Source: Podarcis vaucheri (Eukaryota). From it: a stretch of DNA of 64,000 nucleotides. Below the pieces are notes generated by a model. That model searched no databases. It saw only the letters and a program-made list of their open reading frames with translations, and had not been told where the DNA came from. Numbering within the stretch: position 1 is the stretch's first letter; each line of letters opens with the position of its first letter. The DNA lies in assembly GCA_965113315.1 (NCBI GenBank), contig OZ220372.1; one strand, 5' to 3'. Shown one piece after another: positions 36,391-49,100 of this stretch. The position numbers and the translations under genes were made by a program.

Positions 36391-39300
36391 GTATTTTTAG
36401 CCTTGATTCAGTTAGATCTCCATTAGAGGAAGGAGAAAATGTAAATAAGAACTCAAATAGGTGGGATTTATAGATAGCTTTGGGACACATGGTGGAACCA
36501 GAGACTATGCATTAATATCTGTAGTGTGTCTTCAATTTTTGTCATTCAGTTGCAAAACTACTATGTTGTTATTACTTTAAAAGATAAAGCTGATCTTTTA
36601 TTTTATTTTTCTGATAGAGAACTTTTTGTTCTCAATGACAGCATTGAATCTCTGAGCTAAATTGGCTAACCTGTTATGGATTTTTCAAAGCCCCTGTCAC
36701 GTTCCGTATAACTACCAGTTATATGGTTGAAAGCTAGGAAGGAGGAGAAAGGGGCTGCTCTGGATCCTCCTTTTATACCACCCAGCTGTAGCTGTCTTGA
36801 CCCTACCATCTGTGGTCTAGAAAGTATAAGAGACCCTCAGTGCATCCACTGTACTGAGCGAGCTGTGTATTTGGGAAAGCCAAGGCTTGCATGCATACTG
36901 ACAGGCACCATGAGCTGTCCATTGACCTGCCTCAGCCTGGTGTGCTAATGGTGCTGTGAGAATGTTATGCATGTAGGTGTTGCATTTAACTCTGTTTTCA
37001 GTCCTTGTGCACCTTGCCCTCTGTCTGCACTAAGAAGGTACTAGATTATGTTTAAAGTATTTGAGGCTCATAGGTATACTGTATTTGGGGGAACAGAAGC
37101 AATCATGTTATTTCTGCTGTGCGGCTAAAACAGAAGAACCACCAACTTTTGAACAAGTTGCATGGGCGTAAGTACCCCAACTGGATTTTTTTTACAAACC
37201 CCTCTTATGTTCCTTTTTTGTTCTCATGACCTATAGGCAGAGTTGCATGTATGTCTTTCTGTTATTTGTTTGGGCATCACCTCATTTTCCTTCCCCCTTT
37301 TCCTAACTCTGAGACTGGGTTTAAATCATAGCAGAAACTACTCTGTCACATTGCACTATCTATTATAGCTGGTATGATACAAAGCTCTGGTTATTCAGCA
37401 TCTCCAGTAAAACTCAGCATACAGCAGAGTGTTCCCGTCTTGCTACTGTTAGTTCACCACTGCTGATGTTAACAACTTAAAGAGCCTTGGGTGACTATAG
37501 GTTGTTAGTGATATATTAAACAGCCTGCTCTTTAACTTCAAGGGAACTTGCCTGGCTTGATAGGGTATTTGAAATGCAGTCCTAAGTTAGAAAGTTTGAT
37601 ATTGATAATGCAAATGACAATGGTGTAGCACTGGTGCATAGGGCATTTTCAGAAATCTTGCCAATATCTACTTTCTTTTACAGAAGTTTTCACATTCCAT
37701 TGTTTGGGAGAAGGCAGAAGAAGTGTCTCTAGATATTTTGTGTCAGGCATGTCCAAAGTCCATTTTGGGGGCCTAAACAACTTTGGTCGGCCCTCACACA
37801 TATTCACTTCATAAAATCTGACCCTCTTTGAAAAAAGTTTGGGCACCCCTGTTTTATGTGCTTCTTACTTTGAATTCTTGTTCTTCACTGGTTATAGGGG
37901 CATCTAACTTGGTGATTATGTAGACATTACATTTGAAAGTGGGTTAACTCTTATGGTCTCTTCATGCATTACAATGAAATGACTGCAGACTCTTTGATTG
38001 AGATAGTACCTCATGCTGTTCCATGTCTCAATGCTGAGTAATTTTTTGTTTTTGTTTTTTAAAAAATCCACTTGATATTTACTGAATAAGTACTATTTGC
38101 TCTGGTTCAGTATAACTTAAGAATGCAAATGTTGCATATATTGGCTTCGTAGGGTCCCATACCTCTTTGTAATCAGAGGCTATTTGCTTACTCTACACAT
38201 TTTAAAAACAACAGAGTCTTATAGAATATGTTTATAATTTGCTCTCACTGTACCCTGTATAGAAAAGAAAGCATTTGTCTTTTCCATAGTTGTTTTGCTC
38301 ACCTTTGAATGCTAAACCTCTGACCTTGCTGTGGATGTTTGTTTCCCTTCCCCCTTACAGAGCCTATCTGTAGTGCTGTCACTGCTGGCATGCATGTGCT
38401 GTCCTTGAAAAAGCAGATTGGATTTATTAAAATCATTGCCAGTTGCTATGGCAGCCATTGTCACTGTGGGCTAATGGGAAAAGGCAATTACTGCCATGCA
38501 TCTGAGGAGATTTCTGAGACAGGAGAGATTGAGTATCCTCAGATGATTAGCTGTGTGATTGACAGACTGACAGTCATAGAGAGCAAGGGTTTGTGTGCAC
38601 ATGTATGTGTTTATGTAAGTGGCTGGATATGTCATCTTCTCATAAGGTTTGGCCCATATTGTAATATTTTTCCATTCGTGGGTAAATCCCTTTGGAAGAT
38701 TCACAGCCATCTCTTTTAAGGTGTGGTGCCAGTCATTTCAAGCTTGGTTTTTCTTTTAACCTACAGATAATTTGTTCAACTGATGTGCCTCTAGATTGTA
38801 ATTGGAAACTTACTCTTAAAAATAGAAACTTTCTGTGTTAAACTTATTATTTTGCCTGTCTTCCAATTCTTGCTATTCCTAATTCTCCTCTCTGAGCTGC
38901 TGTTCTATTTAAAGCAAGGTGTGGATGTTGATAAATGTTTATTCCTATTATCTTACTGTGGAAATAATAGGTTGTGAGAACTGAGGTTAGCACAATATAT
39001 TTTGGGCATTTGAACAGGCCGCTAATAACAGTTTTCTCTTATATGTATACAGGCTTTGGCATAGTGTCTTGTTACTCTGTGTATAAAGCACGTTGCTCTT
39101 TCAGTCGAGATCAACATTCTTTGGTTGTCTGATGAGGGAGATTCCATAGTTTGCTTTTTGATGATCAAACAAAAACAGAAGAAGCAGATATAAGGCTAAT
39201 AGAAAACATCCACAGAAGCCCATGTAAATAAACACTGCTGTAAATGATTCAAGAAATAACTCTTGCAACCTAGTGTTTATTTATTGAATTTATATACTGC

Positions 39301-39661
39301 CCTTATGCCTAGGGATCCTTGGATCTTGCCTGTTTTCACACACTATTACCACTTCCTTTAGAATTCTATCTGTGATATTTTATCTGCACAATCAGGAACC
39401 AAAAAGTTGTCTTCAAAAATGTGGCTTTTGAGCTGTCTGGCACCAAAACAGCAACTATGCATTCCGTTTTGGCGACTATAGCCCTGGTTTAAGGAGCCAT
39501 TTGGCGTCTAGCTTATATATCTGAGTTTCTAGCACTGAATGAATTACAATATTAAAACATAATATTAAAAGCAGTTTAAAACAAGCACATTTGTTCCCTA
39601 AGTGATTTTATGAAATAGTTTAGGCTTTGGTGATTAAAGTGGCATAGAAATCCTGTTTGTT

Positions 39662-39706
<45 letters not shown>
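39662..39706. repeat. (TAAC)n microsatellite
   Basis: About 11 perfect units. Confidence 0.95.
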
Positions 39707-41807
39707 GTTGAGTCTAATGTACGGTAATTAATGCTGCTTAGCAAAAGAAAGCGGCAATGATTCACACATCCTGCCTGTGAATAGATACTACTGGCAGCTT
39801 TCTTATGTTGGTAACTTTCTTGTTATAGAATCCAGATCAGCCTGCTTAGGCAATGAGGCCTTCATTAGAGGCTTTCTGAGATGAGTCTGGTGATGACTGA
39901 CTATAAGGCCTCATTTATGAATGTGCTTTCTCTGATATCATTTTGGCACCAGGAGACTAACTTTTTTATTCTCCTTGAATTTTTAAGAGTTTCAGTGCTG
40001 ACATTTGCTTTGTCTCTACCTGTCCTCCTCCTGTTCTGTCTTGGTTGTTTTCAGATTGTTCTTCTTCACTTTTTTAGTTAAATCAACTGGCAGCTTTTTA
40101 AAATTTAGTTCCTGGAAATCTATTGAAAGGTACAGTACATATTTAGCATATACACATTTAAGTGGCTCATTCTAAGGTTTCAAACAATCCATTTCCTGTT
40201 GGGTTTTTTAAAAGTCTGTTCAGTTTTTCATCTTTACTCTCTTCCTGCCCACCCAATCCACTGTATGAATTTAAGAATTTCCTCAAGATGTGTTTGCTGA
40301 AAGAGAGACAGAGGAAATACAGTACCTGGAGTTGGTATGGAAGCTCACTTCTACAGGTTTTGCTTTACAAGGACTTCTTAGTGTTTACAAAATGAAATCC
40401 AGAGTCCTTTTTTAATGAACTGCAACATCGAGCCTTTTAGGCCTTGGGCAAATACTTGTTTTGCCTTTTCAGCACTTAGGAAGGCTATGAAGATGAAGAA
40501 TAGGCATTTTAACTTAGTCTTTCTTCATCTGTATCTTCAGCAGCAGTTCTCTCTCACACACATTACATATTTGACAGAAATTAGGGAAGTTTTCTGTATG
40601 TGTATGACATGCACAAGAACGTGTAGAAGAGTGATGTCTTGTATCCTGACAGGTAGAAATAGGAAAGTGTAGGTTACTGGCTCACGTTTGGTGTTACTTT
40701 GGTTTTATATACTCATCAATGAATCATTACGTTGAATTGTCACTGTGGGTGTGAAGAATTTCAGGCTAGCGGATATATGGGCTGCCAGCAGTGATTCAGA
40801 ACATAGGGCACAAGTGTTGTATTTTCCATTCTGTTACGTATGCTGTTGTCCATGCATATGCCTGCCTTATCTAAAAGGACATCGTTATGGGGTGTTCAGA
40901 TAGTGTGTTAAGCTTACTAAAGTTGTTAACTAGCCTGGATAAATAAGGATGGCTTTGTGAAGACCTTCGGCTTATTTTTATGACATTAATGGGTGGAGGA
41001 GAGAGAGTGGAATGGATCATATATTGGAGCTGGTGTTTACAGCCACATATTTCTATCTCACCGTCATTGGATTTAAAAAATGGTCTTTTCAGAGCCACAG
41101 TAGAATTGGATGAGTCATTCAAGCAACCAGAAGGCAGGATTCACACAGTAGCTGCATACATATGAACTGAAATCAGCTTAATAAGGAAGGTGGAAGTAAA
41201 TATCTGAATTTGGGGTCCCATTATAGGCTAGGCAGAATTTCCCATATATGAAATGTTGGTTTGTAACGAAAGAGATTTTGAAGTTCTGTTCATGTTTATT
41301 TTGGGTGTGTCAGGGAAATGAATGTTTCCATACACTCTAGGATATTTGAATGTCCAAAACTTACTATTGCAAGCATTAACTATCAGCTACAGTTACGACT
41401 AGTTCACATAAACAGAAGTGTTAAATCTGTGTCTAAAGATAGCAGGTGAGTAATCACGTGGTTGAATACGTCCCTGTTCTTTACATACACACATACACAC
41501 ACACACAATTTTTTTTGCCTTCCTAACAGAGGATTGCCTGTTCTTTGTTGTCTTTTTGGCAGACTTGTTTCCTCAGGTCTTTATTGTTAAGCTATGTTTT
41601 TCTTGCTACAAGCTTTTATCTCCTGTTTTCTGTTTATGCTTTTGTTACCCAGTTACTTTTGTTTTGTGTTCATAGGTAAGCCCCTTGGAAACATTTTTAT
41701 TGAAGGGTAGCATAGAAATTTTAAAATAAGGAGAAGCCTTACCAAAGGTTCTTTCTAATAAGCCACTTTTCTTTGTGAAGAGATTTAAAAAAAATGGATA
41801 AGTAATA

Positions 41808-41863
41808 AACTGTTGTAACATGCTTTGTAACATGCTTTGTAACTGTTGTAACATGCTTTGTAA
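41808..41863. repeat. Short tandem repeat (tgtaacatgctt units)
   Basis: Seen directly. Confidence 0.85.
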
Positions 41864-41927
41864 AATCCTGTGTTTGTTAGAAGTCTAGAAGCACTTCTTG
41901 CCCTGTGCATATGTCACCCCAAAAGTA

Positions 41928-42186
41928 CCGTATTTTTTGCTCCATAAGACGCACCAGACCATAAGACGCACCTAGTTTTTGGAGGAGGAAAACAAGAAAA
42001 AAAATATTCTGAATCTCAGAAGCCAGAACAACAAGAGGGATCGCTGTGCAGCGAAAGCAGCAACCCCTCTTGCTGTTCTGGCTTCTGGAATAGCTGCGCA
42101 GCCAACATTTGCTCCATAAGACACACACACATTTCCCCTTACTTTTTAGGAGGGAAAAAGTGAGTCTTATGGAGCAAAAAATACGG
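41928..42186. mobile_element. Tc1/mariner (Tc2-like) MITE, 259 bp
   Basis: Perfect TIR CCGTATTTTTTGCTCCATAAGAC / GTCTTATGGAGCAAAAAATACGG with TA TSD; internal inverted repeat. Confidence 0.9.
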
Positions 42187-45100
42187 TATGTTTCAAAGCT
42201 GAATGCTTGGGGGGGGGGAGAGTAACACCAGGAGAGCTTGTTTTCTCAAAATTTGGCCCTGTTAAGAATGGCTGAGGTGTGGTGAAACAAAAACAGACAT
42301 CTTAATGGTATTTCGGGTTTCTGTATCTGGCCATAGATTGTCCTGGGGTAAATAATGTTAGTTAAGGTTGGATTCTAGCTTGCCTTAGCAGTACCTGTAA
42401 GAGAATTGGGGCATGTGAATTATTCACTAATCAGCTTGCTGTTCATATTAAGTTTCTGCTGTGGCTTTGGGGCATTTTGCCAGACCATGGCATGATTGAT
42501 TTCATTGGTTCCTTTGGGAATAGTATTTTGTGTGCCTTGAAAATGGGGGAAGGTAGCCTGCTTTTGGCCAGTTTGAGTGCAAGGACTACTTTTCTTTCCA
42601 CCAATTGCTCTTAGCTCACATTTTTTGCAAATTCTTCTTAACACAAATCGAGAATTCGGGGGTGTGTGTGTTTGCTTTTAGGCTGTCTTAACATTCTCCT
42701 CCTTTAGATCCTAATCTTCTTTGAACATCTAATGAAGTGATAGTCCATAATATCCAAAGTAACCTGGAAAAATGATTTTAGTTATTGGATAGTAGAAATG
42801 GAGGAGTGTGCCTTTCCTTTCCCAGAATACGACTTTTATTCCAGTTGCATCACAAGAGATACCTCCCTGTAAACAATTTCATTTTGAATTCTGCTTGCTT
42901 ATTTGTGTATAATACTGGTGCAGTGATGATTAAGCTGCCATCTGACAACTATTACAAATGAAAAAGAGGGAAATCCTTATCAGAACAAACAATGGCAGAT
43001 ACTAATTCGAGACTTGGCTTGCTCTGCTGTCAAGTGCATCTATATTGGCTCAGCTCATAGAAGGGCAAAGCAATTGATTCAGGCCAGAGTTGACTGGCAA
43101 ACAACTCAGTGAAATAGAGCATGCACAAACTTAGCAGTATCTATCTATTACTAACCACACCTCTAGCCTTTTCCTTCAATATGTGATGCAGTTGCACTGG
43201 AGCTCTTCCAAATTCTTTGCCACCATCATACAATCGGTTTCTGAAAGAGCACTCAAATCACAATAGTAGTCTATACTACAAGACAGTTTAAGGGTCTCGG
43301 TATTAGGTAGTGCAGGTAAAATGTTGATGATTGTGTTTAGATTTTGCAGAACTCTTCATGCAGGAATGGGCTTGGAATAACTGCTGCCACTTGGATTCAC
43401 ATTAGGAATTTAATGTTAGGAATTTAATGACCAGCAGCTAGGAACATGTGTAGTCTAGTGAACTGACCAGTATTTGAAGCAGGGAGTTGTAGTTTCTTCC
43501 CTAGAAGACTTGAAATATCTCTCTGCTTTATGAAAAAGGGTCTGACATCCAGGACTATACTCATTTGAAAGAGGGAGTTTGGTTGTTGTTTTTTGCTATT
43601 ATGTTATATATTTTGTGTTTTTATGTTGTAAACCACTCTGTGATCTTCAGATGAAGGGTGGTATATAAATTTAATCAATAAAATAATAATAATTTAATAC
43701 AGAATGGCTGATCCCATTTACCTGTTCAACTTCTGCATTTCTAAAAGGCTTGTAAAAATTATTTGGGATTCCTAGGGCATGGGGCCTGCTAGAGAGAGTG
43801 GAAACTTCAAGTCATACCTAATGTGCAGTGAAATGGAATGGAATGAGACATGCTTGGAATATGACACCTATATTGTTAAAGTGTATTTGGCCACTATCCA
43901 TTTGTAAATATTTTGTGAATATTTTTGGAAGATAGTTCAAACCTGAACTAAAAAAACAACAGTCTCAACCATGATCATTCGTTTCAAACAAAAACTTTAA
44001 CTGTTTAACCAGATCTGAACCATTACTTGAAAGTTTTTGTTGAATCCATACTGAACAGCAAGTGCAAATGCCTAGCTACTGTTTAAAAATAAGGGTTGCT
44101 GTGAAAGCTATCTCCTTTTGAAATGCCCATGCAATTGAATTATTGAATTAATTACTATTATTATTTTTAAAAATCTCCACCTGCTTTTAAGGAGAACTCA
44201 AGGCATCTAACAAGTCAAAACGCCAAAAGAGTATTTCAAATATAAAACAATCCCGGGTTAAACCCAGTCATATAAATCTAAAATCAGAGTATTGATTTTG
44301 ACAGCCAGCCATGCAACTTATTTTAAAGTATTGGGGCATGTGCAAATCAGTGTGGTTGTTTTCCTGTGTAAATGAGTCCAAACCTTACATGAATTGATTG
44401 GGGCTACTGATTTGGAACACCTTTAAGGTGTAACTGCACCCAAATCACAAATGAGTGGAATAATTGAATGATTTGAGTCCCTTAAATACTAGTGAAAGTA
44501 AAATGTGTCGTGCTTTGCAGGCAGAAGCTGTGAAGAAATATAGAGGTCATTCCTGTGTGCAGAAAAGCTTGTGGTTACTTAACATGGGTGTTACTTCAAT
44601 AAGAATGTGACTATTGTGTTTGCGATGATAATGTATTCAAAAGTACTTGTATAACCACGAGTCCCTTCATAGTAAGGTTTCATTCAAGCAAGAGTGGGAG
44701 CACACACTTTGTGGATGGAGCACCATCAGAAATGGACCAGGAATAGAGTGAGCATTGCTCATAGCATTATTCAGCAACCTGTAAGAACCCTGATGCAGGG
44801 TGCCGATGTGTCCCTATGAGCTTATGAGAGAATCAGTGTGGAAGTTTTTTTTTTTTTAAACTTCTACTATTGAAAGAAATCATATATGTGTCAGTGACTG
44901 AATTAACATCTTAAGCTTCTAGTCTTATCAAAGAAGATTGCTTCCTCCATAAGAGGATTTCCCTATAAATCCTCACATACTTCAGCAGCTAAATCTGATT
45001 TCTGTAATGTTCAGAGCTATGTCTAGTTGTGATGTATTTTTTAAAACATATTTTCATGGACACAGACGGAAGTGGAAGAAAGTACCAATTTGTTTCTGAA

Positions 45101-45410
45101 AACCCATGGAGAATTGGCAACATCCATTCTTGCTAAATTTCCCTGGTTGGTGACTTGGCAGCGAACTCCCAAGTGTCAGTGGCTTTAACTGATGAAAATG
45201 GTCGTTTTCTTTTGGGTGCATCTGACCCTGCCACTGATTAACCATGGAAGTATAGCAGAGAGTGAGATCCTCGTTGAGGTCATGGCTGCTGTTGACAATC
45301 CAGTCTTCACTGCTGAGAACTTCCTTACGTTTTATTTTGTCCCTTTGCCTTGATCATGTTGTCATATTTCCAGCATAAAGAGGGGTATGAGATGCAATCT
45401 GAATACACCT

Positions 45411-45552
45411 AGAATCATAGAATTGTAGAGTTGGAAGGCACCATGAAGATCATCCAGTCCAACCATCTGCAATGCAGGAATATTTTTGCCCAATGTGGGG
45501 CTCGAACCCACAGCCCTGAGATTAAGAGTCTCATGCTCTACCAACTGAGCTA
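45411..45552 (-). mobile_element. tRNA-Lys(CTT)-headed SINE with CR1-derived 3' tail
   Basis: Minus strand tagctcagttggtagagcatgagactCTTaatctcagggctgtgggttcgagccccacattgggca (45487-45552), followed by ttggactggatgatc...ccttccaactctacaattctatgattct. Confidence 0.85.
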
Positions 45553-48500
45553 CATGATTTGCATTTGGTTGGCTTCTTAGAGAATGAAGGTAATTTGCAG
45601 CATAAAGAAGATCAACAAATAGTGTATTGGAGAAGGGCTTTTTTCCTCCTACAATATGAGGAAGCAAGGTATTGTGTATATCAGCCTTTGCCAACCTGGT
45701 GTTCTCTACATGTTTTGGACTACAACTTGCAGTGGCTGGCATAGCTGTGTTACCTGGGGCTGATGGAAGTTGTCCAAAACATCTGGAGCAAGCACACCTA
45801 GTTGGTGAAAACCGATATATGCACAATATGGCATATGGTAACTGTGATTCAACCTCACAATTGGACAACTGTAATGTGCTCTATGTGGTGCTTCCACTGG
45901 ATTGAGTTTCAGCTGGCACAGAATGCTGTGCAGCCCCTGAATGCAGACTTATTACACCTCTGCTGAGGGAACTACATTGGCTGCCAATCACTATTAGGCC
46001 ATGTTCAAGGTCTTGTTAACTTATAAAGCCTTGAACAGCTCGAGACCTGAAGGACCAGCTGCCCCTATATAGACCTATAAGATCACAGATCATCTGGGAA
46101 AATTCTACTGGACTCTGTGGTGCTGCACTCTGCAGAATATCCTCAGGTGGTAACTCCATTTTCCTCTATTGCCTCTGCACTGTGGACTGCACTTCCCCCT
46201 CTGAATATTTTTTTAGAAGGCAAACTGCTAGGAATAAAAGATCTAATAAACTCCTATTTTGTAAAGGTACATGGTGGTCATGCCTATTGGTTATGGATTT
46301 TTTTTGGGTGGGGGAGAGAGTTTCCGGCAAAGTCCAGGCAATGACACAACAACACATTGAGATTTGCATTTCCGGTGGCAACAAGGACTTGAAGTAAAGA
46401 ACAAATTTGACATCCTTTGGTAGTAGTCCACCTAACAATTTCTCTAATTTGGTGAGCCATAAAAGGAGACTACTAAGTTAGTCTTGGTGGAACCCATACA
46501 TTGAGAATGGCAGGAGGACAGAAGAAAGTGGACAAGTTTATGTTGGTTTGGTATGACTTTATTAGTATGACTGGGGATTATTACAGGGCACAGTCATCTC
46601 AATATGCTCTGATCTGAAACTCTTGAAAATATAATGCTCAACCCCCAGGTCCAGCAAAAAAACATGAATAAATTCTTGACTACCTGAAACAGAGAAATAC
46701 ATTTATATCTTCATAGTATGATTACTCTGGTTGTACATAAGCTTCTGCCCAATAGTGTAGGCTCCTTTTTTGTACCTTGTTTGTTTATAGTTAAAATGGA
46801 TAAAATAAATAAATTACTGATTTGCCTTGGCTGGCATCTTCATCTTACAGCAGGTTGAATAAGAGACTAAGGGGTAAACTCTGTTAGTGACTTGATGCTC
46901 ACTAACAGAGAAGAACTGAGGGACCTTGGTTGGATGTTACCGTATTATCCTGAGATTCAAATTTGAGCCTTTCAGACACACGTAGGACTTTAGGAAAGCT
47001 GAATCCAACAAGTTTTTAAAAATACTGCTGGATAGATAACTGCATTCTGGAGCTTGAACTTGTCCCTTCTAGACTGAAGAACTGTGCTGTCTGTGTGAGT
47101 GGAAGAAACAAACAAGTTGAAAGAAAGTTCAGCTCTCTAGAGCTTTGAATCAAACTCTTGGCCATGCTTACAAAGAACTCTTAACAACCAATAAAGATTT
47201 AATGCTTGGGTGTTGCCCAGCATTTTGGTTGGCTGCTATTGCCATGATGCGTTCTGGCTGCTCCATTTGGGTGTAGTTTCTGCTGCAGATGTCTCTAAAT
47301 CTAATTTAAGAGTGTCTGTGTGCACATAAGTTAATGTGCACATGTGCATTTCATCCGAGAGACTAGTTTCCCCTCTCCAGTGAGCATGAAGTATTCCAAG
47401 ATGAAGTATGCCACTGTGAACATGGAAGGCTTCAAAGACCAAAACAGTTACGTTTTTGATGTAGGGAAATATTGCTTATCTGGAGTCAGTCTTGAGGTGT
47501 GTGTGAACTTTTAATTTGCATCTTCTTTTTATCTTTAATAATAATTTTTGAAAGATGCTATAGTTCCCATGCTGTACTGATGCTCTTTTCACTAGAAGAA
47601 AGTAACCTAACTGCATACTGGATTGACATTTGCTTTTTCCTCTTATTTTATCATCTCACAACAGTCCTTCTGGACTGAGGGTCATCGAAAGTGACTTGAG
47701 CAGTACAGGGTGTGGTTTTCTTTCACAGACTCCTTTGTTTAGAAGTGCAAGGAAAGCTTTCCAGGAGGGAGTGGAGTAGGCCAGGCATAGTGGTTTTAAA
47801 AGAATTAGTGGCTTTTGGGAAGGGACTGAAAGCATTTTGGTTTTAACTGATTCCAGATGTTGCTGCTGGAACACAAAGCCTGCCAGTGTGTCTAGGGTGG
47901 CGCTTACTGAGTGGGCCTCCTGAGCGTTTCCTGTACGGCCCACAATCAAACAAACCTAATCAAAGCCAGCCGTTGCTGCTGGAACTCTCATGAAGCCTTC
48001 CTCCTTTTTCCGGTGTTCAAAGATATTCATTTCTTTAGGGTGTTTTACTCTAGTTCTTTACCATATTTTGGAGGGGGGGGGGAGGTCTTCCCTTACTATA
48101 ACCCATTGATAAGACTGCTATTTAGCCGAAAAGCACTGGTCGGTATTACAGTTAAAATTCAGTTTGTGCACATTGTATGGAAGAGGAATTAAGTCTGCAA
48201 AATGAAACTGATAAGCATCTTAGATATTTTCCTGCCATATGGGAGCAGCTTCCATGTGGCTGAGGGAATGTTAAAATCAGGGCTGGCTAACTCCCCCCCC
48301 CCCTGTTGTTTTTTTTTTTTGCCTGAAAGCTGCATTCATGGTTTACCAACCCTCCAGAGACTGCAGACTCATATGGCCAAAATTCTCATGCACATTTCAC
48401 ATGCACACAAGACACACAGGCACAACCCCACCACCACCACCAAGGTGATCCATGCAGAAGAGAGGGGTTAGCTCTCCTCTCTGCTCATAAGATGATCCAT

Positions 48501-48964
48501 CAGATAACCTAGGCAGCATCCCAGTACCGTGTTTTTGTGTTCGCCTTCAAAATTGGTGGAGTCTTGGGGACCAGAAAAAAATACAGATGAAGCCCAAGAA
48601 CTACAAGTTAGCCACTCTTAGTTGAAATTGTCTAACTGTAGGACCGGACCCAGCCATGTGGGTCTTCCTGTCACTTTCTTGACTCTGCATTGTCTACCAC
48701 AGTGCAGTGTAGCTGCAGAGCAATGCACTGAGAATATTAGCGATGACTCCAGAATTAGGAAGGCTTTGGCAAGTTATGTTCCAAGATGGCTTTTGTGTGG
48801 TCAGGTGGTTGTATTAGTGTTAGATCAAGAGAGCACTGTGTGGCCTTGTTAGCAAATCCATGTAAATCATAGTTAGGCTTAACTATGGTTTAAAGGTGAA
48901 TACACAGCATACTGGTGTATGGGGAGAATATTGCAGTCACTTTGCTTCTTTGCTGCTCCTATGG

Positions 48965-49100
48965 CAGGCATAGGCAAACTCGGCCCTCCAGATGTTTTGG
49001 GACTACAACTCCCATGATCCCTAGCTAACAAGACCAGTGGTCAGGGATGATGGGAATTGTAGTCCCAAAACACCTGGAGGGCTGAGTTTGCCTATGCCTG
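48965..49100. mobile_element. Palindromic hAT MITE, 136 bp
   Basis: TIR CAGGCATAGGCAAACTC; TSD TCCTATGG/TCCTACGG (7 of 8 match). Confidence 0.9.

Noticed and set aside
45487-45552. Functional tRNA-Lys gene
   Set aside because: The 5' acceptor-stem strand is missing and the sequence continues into a CR1 tail, so it is a SINE head.
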